NCBI GenBank assembly: GCA_037444665.1
Contig: JBBILZ010000052.1
Span: 1-16,884 of the forward strand
Reading direction: 5' to 3'
Length of the DNA stretch: 16,884 bases
Source of the DNA: a candidate division WOR-3 bacterium
GTDB taxonomy: Bacteria; Hydrothermota; Tepidihabitantia; SM23-42; JAOAFX01
Shown here: positions 1-8,590 of the stretch, in pieces
Numbering within the stretch: position 1 is the first letter of the stretch
Layout: every line of letters begins with the position of its first letter
Notes under the pieces: model-generated
Seen by the model: the letters and a program-made list of their open reading frames with translations, nothing else
Told to the model about the DNA's origin: nothing
Databases searched by the model: none
Program-made: the position numbers and the translations under genes

Positions 1-37
1 AGTTAACATTTTCCAGACAGGTTGGAAATTGTTAACT
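1..37. repeat. Imperfect inverted repeat (15-bp arms, 7-nt loop); possible terminator or palindromic repeat unit
   Basis: AGTTAACATTTTCCA (1-15) and TGGAAATTGTTAACT (23-37) are 14/15 complementary and followed by TTT. It lies about 220 nt downstream of the metF-like stop and may extend beyond the window edge. Confidence 0.5.
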
Positions 38-171
38 TTTGTAGAAGATGTTTTTTTCCTTATCAGCAATCCCGGATATGAAGCCCTCCACTTCATTTTT
101 GGAAAGATTTGTCATTTATGGTAAATCTTCCTATTCTTTTCATTCAACATTTCACCATGAGCCAATAAAAT

Positions 172-222
172 AAATGCCTAAAAGTCCAAAATGCCTAAAC
201 GCCTAAAGAAAATGCCTGAAAG
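172..222. repeat. Short degenerate direct-repeat cluster (AAATGCCTAAA-like)
   Basis: AAATGCCTAAA at 172-182 and 189-199, GCCTAAA at 201-207, AAATGCCTGAA at 210-220. Confidence 0.7.
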
Positions 223-259
223 AATAAGATGTTGTTTTGATTAAATGGTTTTTATGTAG

Positions 260-1093
260 TTATATCATTTGTCTGATACCTTTAATAAGTTCAATTGCAT
301 TGGTATATTTACCAATTGATATAATATAGAATCCATCTACAAAATCTTTTACTTGTTTGACCATATCAAGTAGCATCTCGGCTTCATTCTTTACTTCTAT
401 ATTTGTTATATACTCATACGGAATTCCCAAAAATTTCATTAATGAGAATGCCCTTTTTTTGGTGTATAAAAAAGAAAGCCCGGCAATAATCTTAGCTCCT
501 TTGTGTTGATTACGAAAATTTTTGAGAATCTCAATAAATCTCTGCGGTTGAAAAACTGGTTGGGTAAAAAAGACCTCTGCCCCACACCGACACTTTTCGC
601 CTATTTTCATAAACTCGCCCTGAATATTTGGAACATTAGGGTTAAAACTTGTGCACAGACAAAAGTCTATCGGCGCGACTATCATACGTGCTGAAGTTAA
701 ACCCTGGCGTAGATTTTTTGCAACTTCCAGTAGACGAATAGAATTCAATTCAAACATACTTCTGCCTTCAACTGGTGAATCACCAGTGACACAAAGGATA
801 TTTTCTATACCCAGAGCCTTTGCACCAAGCAACTGGCTTTCAAATGATAAAAGTGTAAAATGTCTTGCAACAAAATGGGGAATTGTTTCTATTCCAAGTT
901 TTTCTTGAAGGATATGGGCAAAACTAACAGAATCTGGTCTAAGTTTGCCAAGTGGATTAGAGGGAATATTAAGTGCATCAACATACGCTTTAAATGGTTC
1001 AAGTTCCTTTAAAAGATTTGAATAATCTACTGAAACAGGCAGGAGAACTTCAAGCGTGATTATCTTTTTATTTTTGAACTTATCTCTGAGCAT
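260..1093 (-). CDS. metF: Methylenetetrahydrofolate reductase family protein (MetF-like, resembling the YitJ-type MTHFR domain)
   Basis: Motifs ITLEVLLP, IPHF, LCVTGD and FFTQPVF fit the MTHFR barrel. The gene overlaps the metH stop. ATG at 1093 is preferred to TTG at 1099. Confidence 0.8.
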   Translation of the reverse strand: MLRDKFKNKKIITLEVLLPVSVDYSNLLKELEPFKAYVDALNIPSNPLGKLRPDSVSFAHILQEKLGIETIPHFVARHFTLLSFESQLLGAKALGIENILCVTGDSPVEGRSMFELNSIRLLEVAKNLRQGLTSARMIVAPIDFCLCTSFNPNVPNIQGEFMKIGEKCRCGAEVFFTQPVFQPQRFIEILKNFRNQHKGAKIIAGLSFLYTKKRAFSLMKFLGIPYEYITNIEVKNEAEMLLDMVKQVKDFVDGFYIISIGKYTNAIELIKGIRQMI

Positions 1094-3431
1094 GTTCAAT
1101 TTTTTCCAACACTTTTAAACCATCAAAGGCATTCTGCACTGCTGCAAATGCACCAATCATCTTTGCAAATCTATCACTTACATTGGGCCCACCAATAATC
1201 ACAGGAATATTAATTTTGTTCATCCTGCATAATTTAATTACATTACCCATTTCTGGCATTGTTGTAGTTAATAGAGCACTTAATCCAACTGCAATTGGTT
1301 TATATTTTTTTACAGCCTTTACAATCACTTCACCCGCTACATCCTTCCCTAAATCAATCACTTCATAGCCAGCAGATTCAAAGACCATGCCTGCTATGTT
1401 TTTACCAATATCATGAATATCACCTTTTACTGTTGCTAATATTATCTTACCTTTTTTTGCTTTGCTTGTAAAGTATTTTTTCAATAAATCAAGGACTGCC
1501 TTTGCTGTGTCTGCTGCTCTTAAAAGGTCTGGTATAAAGAACTTACCATCTTCATAATTTTTTCCCACTTTTTTCATTCCAGTTGCAATATAATTATCAA
1601 TAATTGTCTGGGGTGATATTTTTTTTGCAAGCAATCTTTCTGTCAGTTCTATTGCACGATTGGTATCTCCATTAATAATCAATTCTACTAAATTATCTTT
1701 GCCAGTATCTTCTTTTCTGATTTCCGTATTATTCACTGACAACATTTTTGCAAAATTCAGGTATTCAATGTTCTTTTTATAAAACAATGCCTCAGCTCCT
1801 TTGATCGTTGCCAATAAAGCATTATCCATTGGATTAATAATTGCAAAGTCAAGGCCTGCTCTGATTGCGTTTGCAAGCAACACACTATTTAAAATAGTCC
1901 TTTGAGGCATTCCAAATGATACATTAGAGATACCAAGGATTGTTCTGTATCCCATTTTGTTTATTATGGCAACCGTGTTCAAAGTATGTTCAATCTGTTC
2001 TGACTCTGTAGCAGCAGAAAAAACAAGGGGGTCAAAGATAATATCATCAGCAGGGAATCTTATTTTTTTTGCAATTTTTAGAGCAAGTCTGACATTGTTG
2101 AGCCGTGCTTCAACATTTTTAGGAATACTTTTACCAATAAGGGATATGACTACCTTAAAACCGAATTTTTTTACAAGAGGTAGCCATTTTAATAATTCTT
2201 TTTTCCTTGCTGCGACAGAATTCAATACACCAATACCAGGATAAAATTTAAGCACATACTCTGCTGCCTTAAAATTTTGTGTATCTATAAAAACTGGAAG
2301 ATTACTTGACATTATGACCTCATACATACCATTTTTTAGTGTTTCTATTTCATCTATACCTGGAACAAAGGCATTTACATCAAGGCAGTGGGCACCATTA
2401 TTTTCCTGTTGTATTGCTTCCTGCGCATAAATTTTAAAATCATTTGTCTGAATACTCTCTTTAATCTTTTTTCTTCCTGAAGGGTTGAGCCTCTCCCCTA
2501 CAATTATCAGAGAACCTTTTTCCAGTTTTATTATCTTTTTTGGCGAAGCAAGATAAAATTCTTTTCGGACAATTCTTTTTGCCGGAGCAACTTTTTTCTC
2601 TTTTATCATTTTTATATATTCTGGGGTGGTTCCACAACATCCACCAATAATTTTAGCACCTGCCAGCACAAAATCTTTAAAATAGTCAGCCAGCTCTTTA
2701 TCAGAGATTGTATGAGTTATTCTATTCTTTTCTATCTTTACCTGTCCAGCATTAGGTTTTGCAATTAAAGGCAAGTTCGTAACCTGTGCCATTTTTCTGA
2801 TTATTTCTAATGCTACTTCTGGTAATGTGCAATTCACACCAATCGCCTTTGCTCCAAGTTTTTCAAATGTGATGGCAATAGATTCTGGATTTTCACCGAA
2901 CAGGGTTCTGCCATTATTTTGAAACGAAAAACTTACCAGTATATCATCTGTATAATTTTTTGCCGCAAGAAACGCTGCTTTTGCCTCAATAATTGAATTA
3001 AATGTTTCAATCAAGAAAATTTTTAAATTTGATTTGTAAAAAGTTTTAAAAATTTCATGATAGATTCTATAAACTTCATTAAAATCACCATCGCCATAAG
3101 GTTTTATTAAAATTCCAGTGGGTCCCACATCTCCAAACACATATCCTTTTTTCCCTGCGGCACGACAGGCAATCTTTATTCCTGCCCGAATAATTTCTTT
3201 ATATTGGGCATTTTTGAAATTTAATGGATTGGCACTGAATGTATTGGTAAGAATGACATCACTGCCTGAATCTATATAGGCTTTTTGTAATTTATAAACC
3301 GCCCCAGGGTTTCTTAAATTCAAACTTGCTGGTGATTCACCAGGTTCAAGCCCTTTATCAAAAAGATTTGTCCCTGTAGCACCATCAAGATAAATAATTT
3401 TTTTGTTTAACAGATATTCTAATAATTTCAT
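1080..3431 (-). CDS. metH: Cobalamin-dependent methionine synthase (Hcy-binding, pterin-binding, cap and B12-binding domains; no C-terminal AdoMet reactivation domain)
   Basis: Motifs: LDGATGT, TNTF, Zn ligands GVNC and GGCCGT, pterin domain VGERLNPSG / FDPLV / LGISNVSFG, B12 motif GDIHDIGKN and SALLTTT. The protein ends at 783 aa, directly after the B12 domain. Confidence 0.92.
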   Translation of the reverse strand: MKLLEYLLNKKIIYLDGATGTNLFDKGLEPGESPASLNLRNPGAVYKLQKAYIDSGSDVILTNTFSANPLNFKNAQYKEIIRAGIKIACRAAGKKGYVFGDVGPTGILIKPYGDGDFNEVYRIYHEIFKTFYKSNLKIFLIETFNSIIEAKAAFLAAKNYTDDILVSFSFQNNGRTLFGENPESIAITFEKLGAKAIGVNCTLPEVALEIIRKMAQVTNLPLIAKPNAGQVKIEKNRITHTISDKELADYFKDFVLAGAKIIGGCCGTTPEYIKMIKEKKVAPAKRIVRKEFYLASPKKIIKLEKGSLIIVGERLNPSGRKKIKESIQTNDFKIYAQEAIQQENNGAHCLDVNAFVPGIDEIETLKNGMYEVIMSSNLPVFIDTQNFKAAEYVLKFYPGIGVLNSVAARKKELLKWLPLVKKFGFKVVISLIGKSIPKNVEARLNNVRLALKIAKKIRFPADDIIFDPLVFSAATESEQIEHTLNTVAIINKMGYRTILGISNVSFGMPQRTILNSVLLANAIRAGLDFAIINPMDNALLATIKGAEALFYKKNIEYLNFAKMLSVNNTEIRKEDTGKDNLVELIINGDTNRAIELTERLLAKKISPQTIIDNYIATGMKKVGKNYEDGKFFIPDLLRAADTAKAVLDLLKKYFTSKAKKGKIILATVKGDIHDIGKNIAGMVFESAGYEVIDLGKDVAGEVIVKAVKKYKPIAVGLSALLTTTMPEMGNVIKLCRMNKINIPVIIGGPNVSDRFAKMIGAFAAVQNAFDGLKVLEKIEHAQR

Positions 3432-3437
3432 ATTGCT

Positions 3438-3465
3438 ATTTTATCTAATTTGATTTGAATGTCAA
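3438..3465 (-). promoter_or_regulatory. Sigma70-type promoter for metH (predicted leaderless)
   Basis: Minus strand: TTGACA (3465-3460), N16, TAAAAT (3443-3438), then 6 nt to the ATG at 3431. No Shine-Dalgarno sequence. Confidence 0.75.
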
Positions 3466-3478
3466 TAATACTATATCA

Positions 3479-3506
3479 TTGACACCATTTATAATATCAA
3501 TATAAT
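3479..3506 (+). promoter_or_regulatory. Sigma70-type promoter for murJ (predicted leaderless)
   Basis: TTGACA (3479-3484), N16, TATAAT (3501-3506), then 6 nt to the ATG at 3513. Confidence 0.8.
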
Positions 3507-3512
3507 GGAAAA

Positions 3513-5069
3513 ATGGCAGATATAACAAAGGGCGTGCGTTCATTCACCCTGGGTACAGCCATCAGCAGGGTTACCGGCCTATTTCGCGAGATGGTCTTTG
3601 CCTTTCTCTATGGCGCAAATACTGCCACAGATGCTTTTCAGGCTTCATTCAGGCTCCTTGACCTCTTAAGAGACCTCTTTGCCGAAACAACCCTATCATC
3701 AGCCATCATTCCGATACTGACCGAAGAAAAGGCTCAAGGAAAGCGCAAACAAAATTTACTCGCCAGTAACATCTTTAATCTACTCTTCATTGTCGTAGGT
3801 ATTATCACACTGGTTTGTATCATTCTTGCCCCATATCTGGTGCGCATCATTGCCTTTGGTTTTGTTAACATTCCGGGCAAACTTGACCTAACTGCACGAC
3901 TTGCCGTAATAATCTTTCCATTTTTATTATTTATTGCCTTTGCTGCCTGGGCAATGAGTTATTTAAATACTGAAAATAAGTTTTTTATTCCAGCGGTTGC
4001 TCCTGCCTGGTTCAATGTGTTTTCAATCCTTGTGCCGATTTTGCTTTACGCCTATCTTGTAAACCGTGGGGTAAATCCCATATTTGGTATGGCTTATGGT
4101 GTTCTTGTGGGTGGTATGATGCAATTTTTTATCCAGGTACCGGCGTTAATGAAAAATGGCTTCCGCTATTCTTTCTATTTTAATTTAAAAGACCCGGCAT
4201 TAAAGAAAGTTATACTACTATTTTTACCTGTTGCAATAGGGCTCGCTGGTTCAAGAATTAATGTTATGGTAGATACAATAATGGTCTCTTTTTTAGAAGA
4301 GAGAAGTATTACCTGGCTCCATTATGCATTCAGAATAATGCATTTGCCAATGGGTTTGTTTGGAATTGCAGTAGGAGCAGTAGCATTACCATCGCTATCA
4401 AAACTCGTGGTGGAAAATAATTTTGTGGAATTGCGTAAAACCGTGACCGAATCGTTAAAGCTTGTATTTTTACTAACAATTTTCAGTTCGGTTTTTATTA
4501 TATTTTTTTCACACCCACTTACCGAAATTATTTATCAGCGTGGCAGATTTAATACCTTTGATACTACTGCCACTGCATCAGCATTAATTTTTTATGTTAT
4601 CGGCGTCCCATTTACATCTGGCTTGCGTAATGTTGCTGCTGCATTTTATGCACTCAAGGATTCAAAAACACCAATGTATGTGAGCCTTGCAATGGTTGGT
4701 GCAAATGTTATCCTTAACTATGTTTTAATGAGATTGATGAGTTATCGCGGCATTGCCCTTGCTACATCCATATCGGCATTTTTAAATTTTGTGATTTTAT
4801 TGAGAATACTGCCCAGTAAGATTGGTAGCATTGAAATAAAGGACCTGGTGCAATATATTATATTAATAACTATCATCGGAATAATAAGCAGTTTATCGGG
4901 GATAATTTTATTTAACTATCTTGTAAAATTTTTATTATGCGGGCTATTCATTAAAATAGTAATTTTTATTGCGATTACTTTTTTGGTAATTCTTATTTTT
5001 TATCTGCTGTGTAGGCTATTCAAAATAAATGATGCAGTAAAATTTTTCAATCGTTTCTTTAAACGCTGA
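3513..5069 (+). CDS. murJ: Lipid II flippase MurJ (MviN)
   Basis: 518-aa polytopic membrane protein with N-terminal SRVTGLFREMV..YGA...DAF..SFRL..LLRDLFAE, plus AFRIMHLPMGLFG, IYQRGRF, AFYALKDSKTP and GIALATS. Confidence 0.95.
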   Translation: MADITKGVRSFTLGTAISRVTGLFREMVFAFLYGANTATDAFQASFRLLDLLRDLFAETTLSSAIIPILTEEKAQGKRKQNLLASNIFNLLFIVVGIITLVCIILAPYLVRIIAFGFVNIPGKLDLTARLAVIIFPFLLFIAFAAWAMSYLNTENKFFIPAVAPAWFNVFSILVPILLYAYLVNRGVNPIFGMAYGVLVGGMMQFFIQVPALMKNGFRYSFYFNLKDPALKKVILLFLPVAIGLAGSRINVMVDTIMVSFLEERSITWLHYAFRIMHLPMGLFGIAVGAVALPSLSKLVVENNFVELRKTVTESLKLVFLLTIFSSVFIIFFSHPLTEIIYQRGRFNTFDTTATASALIFYVIGVPFTSGLRNVAAAFYALKDSKTPMYVSLAMVGANVILNYVLMRLMSYRGIALATSISAFLNFVILLRILPSKIGSIEIKDLVQYIILITIIGIISSLSGIILFNYLVKFLLCGLFIKIVIFIAITFLVILIFYLLCRLFKINDAVKFFNRFFKR

Positions 5070-5071
5070 AT

Positions 5072-5869
5072 CTATGGAGTAAAAATTATCTCTAACAGGT
5101 GGGCATTGGCAAACTGAGTATAGATAAATGAATAACCAATTTCATACTCATCAAAAGATATTGTTAAACCACCAGAAAAATTAATATCAGCAAAAGAGAG
5201 CCTTTCCACATATTTTTTTGGTGAAAGGTATTTCATTCCGCAGAAGATTTTAAGATTATCATATTCATATAAAAATCCACTGCTCAATTCAAAATTTAAA
5301 CCCCGTGCTTCAATAAAAAATGAAAAATCTTCAGGTAGTTTAAATCTAATACCAGTGCCAATTATTATGGGAAGGTCAACCTTTTGTAAAAATTCTGCAC
5401 CTAAATTATCAATCCTGGCACTGACCGCAATGCTTTTTAAATCAATAAATGAACTGATGCCTCCGGCAATACCAGTATATAGCACTGAGTCAACCCGTGA
5501 TTGAAAATTTTTTAAATTTAAACCAAAACTACCAGCTCTTTTTGCAATTGCTATCATTAAATCATAAGGAGCAAATTGGTGCGTTGGGAATCCATATTCA
5601 TCATAACCCTGTATTATTCCATAATTAAGATAATTGATGCCTAAACCATAATCCTTATATTCCGCTCCCAGACTGAGTAAATTCGTTTCATTAAACCAGC
5701 GACTCACAGTAAAATTAAATTTTGTCGTGCGAATTAATGCCGGGTTATGAAAAGCAGAGAGTCCTTCATTAATTAAAAGTGTAATACCACCCAAACCATT
5801 TGATTGCACACCGGCAGGCAATCTTATGGCATTGTCAATATAAATATTTATTATTAAAAAAAGCATCAT
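5072..5869 (-). CDS. PorV/PorQ-like (FadL superfamily) outer-membrane beta-barrel protein
   Basis: N-terminal GVQSNGLGG...SAFHNPA matches the GARxxGMGG...NPA motif. YLNYG and alternating amphipathic strands are present. It is ATGA-coupled to a gene carrying a T9SS CTD. Confidence 0.7.
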   Translation of the reverse strand: MMLFLIINIYIDNAIRLPAGVQSNGLGGITLLINEGLSAFHNPALIRTTKFNFTVSRWFNETNLLSLGAEYKDYGLGINYLNYGIIQGYDEYGFPTHQFAPYDLMIAIAKRAGSFGLNLKNFQSRVDSVLYTGIAGGISSFIDLKSIAVSARIDNLGAEFLQKVDLPIIIGTGIRFKLPEDFSFFIEARGLNFELSSGFLYEYDNLKIFCGMKYLSPKKYVERLSFADINFSGGLTISFDEYEIGYSFIYTQFANAHLLEIIFTP

Positions 5870-7077
5870 TTTATTACTGCAAGTTTTTCACGATAATTGT
5901 ATTGGTGATATTTTGTAAAAATTTGAACATTAACAAAATAAATACCGACATTAAATTTATCAGCGCTTATCATCGTGCCTGATGGATTAAAGCCTTCAAT
6001 TTCATAGACCCTCTGGCCAAGAATATTAGTAACTGTAATTTTGAATTTTTGGAAATCATCAAAGTGTGGTAATTTAATTTGAGCTTGCCTAGTCATAGGA
6101 TTTGGATAGATCACAACCTTTTTGTATTCAAGCGGACTTATATACCCATCCAAAATAATAACCGAAATCGGCAGATGGTCAGAGGCATAATAGAGTGCAG
6201 TTGCAATCTCATCAGGCACTGCATAATTTGTGCCACTATTTATTGATTTATTAAAATGTTTACTATCATTTCCAAAGACAATATATGATTCAACCGGCAA
6301 AAATAGTCCAGCAGTATCAAGCAATCCAGGTGAGCAGAGAACAAAATCAAAGCGGTCATCAAGCCCACCAGTAGCGCCCGAATCATCTAATTTTTCATTC
6401 CTTGTGGATTGGGTATGGACATAGGCATAATTGCGATTTTCGTGCCAGATACCGGGGATTCCCAGTGGATCGCGCAATCCTCTGGGACTTATTTCAATAC
6501 TATCCACAAGTTTACAATAAGCAGGTTCGTTGTAGTAAAAATTACAATCACCCATTACCAGATAATCTATATTCTCTGGCAGGGAATCAAGATGAGTTCT
6601 TAATATTGATGCCTCCTGTAGTCTTATCAGTTCATACTCTTCTCCAGATTTTAAATGAATAGAAAATATAAATAGTTCTTTATTTGACTCTTTTATTTTT
6701 ATTCGGTAGCGTGCAATATCTCGTAAATCCGTAGGTATATAAACCGCATCAATGAACTCTACTTTAGTGCGACAGTAGAACAGACCATTATCAGTATCAG
6801 GACCATCATTGAATGGCGCAAAAGAAAAATTTGCCGTATTATGATTTAAAATAGAATCCCTGAAAAGTTCCATACCCACCTGACTCTGCATCTCCTGAAC
6901 TACGAGAATATCTGGTTTCAGATAATCCATTATCTGACGAAAATATTTTATACGCTGATAACCAGCAATATTAGGAAAATTTAGAAGATTATAACTCGCA
7001 ATTTTTAGTTGTGCAGAATAGCAAAAACAGCATATTAAAATTCCAAAAATTGATTTTCTGATAAGACAATTTAGCAA
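5866..7077 (-). CDS. Secreted endonuclease/exonuclease/phosphatase (DNase I-like EEP) with a C-terminal T9SS type A sorting domain
   Basis: EEP motifs SYNL, VVQE, IHLKS, MGDCN, RFDFVL and SDHLP. CTD pattern IYPNP...NILGQ...GIYFV...EKLAVIK. The start is uncertain: TTG at 7077 gives a signal peptide (IRKSIFGILICCFCYSA) and removes the 77-nt overlap produced by the 7161 start. Confidence 0.85.
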   Translation of the reverse strand: MLNCLIRKSIFGILICCFCYSAQLKIASYNLLNFPNIAGYQRIKYFRQIMDYLKPDILVVQEMQSQVGMELFRDSILNHNTANFSFAPFNDGPDTDNGLFYCRTKVEFIDAVYIPTDLRDIARYRIKIKESNKELFIFSIHLKSGEEYELIRLQEASILRTHLDSLPENIDYLVMGDCNFYYNEPAYCKLVDSIEISPRGLRDPLGIPGIWHENRNYAYVHTQSTRNEKLDDSGATGGLDDRFDFVLCSPGLLDTAGLFLPVESYIVFGNDSKHFNKSINSGTNYAVPDEIATALYYASDHLPISVIILDGYISPLEYKKVVIYPNPMTRQAQIKLPHFDDFQKFKITVTNILGQRVYEIEGFNPSGTMISADKFNVGIYFVNVQIFTKYHQYNYREKLAVIK

Positions 7078-7084
7078 TACATTC

Positions 7085-8590
7085 TTATTTGCGGGCAACA
7101 TCAATGATTCTTCCTTCAATATCTTTACTGACTGGTGAATGTTTTTTAATATACTCGGCAATAATATTTCTTAAATAAGTGAATGTTTCCTGTATCTCCT
7201 TACCTTCTTTAAATACTACATAATCACCACCACCAGCAGCAAGGAAGGAATTAGTTACGATTAAATATTCTGCATCTCTTTTCAGAGGTTCACCATTCGC
7301 AAGTGTTACCTCCAATATCCTTTCATTAACAGTTTTTTTTGAGTTGTATTTAAATTTTATACCTGAGACCTGAAAAATTGCATGGTGTCCATTTACTCCG
7401 ACCTCAAGAACCTTTAATATCTGTTCCCCGGTCATTTTCATCAAGACCGCAGTATTGGAGAGTGCATCCACATTATAACAATCACGATAAGTGATCTCTC
7501 CCTTTTCAATATTCGCCCTTATTCCTCCCGAATTATGGATGGCTATATCTGCGCCATAATATTCACGCATTGCATCGGTTATAAGATTACCCATTGTTGA
7601 TTCTTCAAAACCAGCGCGTGTCAGCTCATTCTTTGCATAACCAATAACTTCATCAAATCCCTTTTTTGTTATCTTTTCCCAGTTCGTTAAAATCATTAAA
7701 AGGGCAGTATCCGATTCAATCTCGTCAGTCAAAAGGTCAATAAGTTCACCCCCATATTTTTTTATCTTTTTGTTTTTTTTATCAATCACTAAATCAAGGA
7801 AACCGATGCTGGTCAAGTGGCTATAATTCTGACAGATAATTGTGTGGTTGATTGAATCTTCATAAGGTTGCTCAAGGGCAGTAGCACTATGTGAACCAAA
7901 AATTACATCAATATCTGCGACATTTTCAGCAAGACGCTTGTCATGGCGTAAACCAATTCCAGTCATAGCAAATACCAAGTCTACGCCCTTTGATTTCAAT
8001 GTATCTACAAATCTTTTTGCAGTTTCAATCTCCGGTAAGACAGTATGATTTTTAAAGCGCTCTGGCGTGGTCATTCCCCTCATATATTCAGTGAGTAATC
8101 CAAACACACCGATTTTCAATTCACCAAATTCTATGATTGTATAGGGTTTTAAATAATCAACATTTTTTTGTGTTTCATCGTAAATAATATTACTACAGAT
8201 AAACTGTGCATTCACACTTTTAACAAATTCTTTGAATACATCAACACCCATATCATAATCATGATTACCAGGAGATAGAAGGTCGTAACCACAGTAATTA
8301 AAATAATCTATAACTGCCTTACCTTGAGAAAATTCACCAATGGGTGAACCCACAAACATATCCCCGGTATCAAGCAATAGAAAACCATAACCAAGGCTAT
8401 CCGCCTCTCTTCTTTTTTCTTTAATCAATGTTGCAGCAGCAGCTGCATTTCCCAGGGGTGGCGGAAAATACGAGCTCATCCACCAGGCAGTGCTGGGTAA
8501 TAGACTTCCTTCTATGTCATTTGTATACAAAATATAAATATGTTCAGGGACATCAGTTGTTAATACATATATCAAAAGACAAAAAAACAT
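7085..8590 (-). CDS. UshA-like bifunctional metallophosphatase/5'-nucleotidase family protein with divergent metal ligands
   Basis: Motifs TNDIEG, LLDTGD and GNHDYD. The 5'-nucleotidase C-domain has ESTMGNLITDA, NSGGIR, QVSGI and TNSFLAAGGGDY. The N-terminus is hydrophobic. Confidence 0.88.
   Translation of the reverse strand: MFFCLLIYVLTTDVPEHIYILYTNDIEGSLLPSTAWWMSSYFPPPLGNAAAAATLIKEKRREADSLGYGFLLLDTGDMFVGSPIGEFSQGKAVIDYFNYCGYDLLSPGNHDYDMGVDVFKEFVKSVNAQFICSNIIYDETQKNVDYLKPYTIIEFGELKIGVFGLLTEYMRGMTTPERFKNHTVLPEIETAKRFVDTLKSKGVDLVFAMTGIGLRHDKRLAENVADIDVIFGSHSATALEQPYEDSINHTIICQNYSHLTSIGFLDLVIDKKNKKIKKYGGELIDLLTDEIESDTALLMILTNWEKITKKGFDEVIGYAKNELTRAGFEESTMGNLITDAMREYYGADIAIHNSGGIRANIEKGEITYRDCYNVDALSNTAVLMKMTGEQILKVLEVGVNGHHAIFQVSGIKFKYNSKKTVNERILEVTLANGEPLKRDAEYLIVTNSFLAAGGGDYVVFKEGKEIQETFTYLRNIIAEYIKKHSPVSKDIEGRIIDVARK

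Noticed and set aside
1..37. Integron attC site (..TAAC / GTTA.. ends)
   Set aside because: It is too short for attC, has no L boxes with extrahelical bases, and no cassette ORF or integrase is visible.
1..150. Small minus-strand ORFs (MTNLSKNEVEGF..., 27 aa; MKWRASYPG..., open to the window edge)
   Set aside because: They are short, have no recognisable family, and one runs through the palindrome. They cannot be supported without the flanking sequence.
3432..3512. SAM or cobalamin riboswitch upstream of metH
   Set aside because: The 81-nt region is fully occupied by two promoters and has no riboswitch consensus.
7078..7161. Longer start (7161) for the EEP nuclease
   Set aside because: It would overlap the nucleotidase gene by 77 nt and bury the signal peptide. 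TTG at 7077 fits better, although it is not certain.
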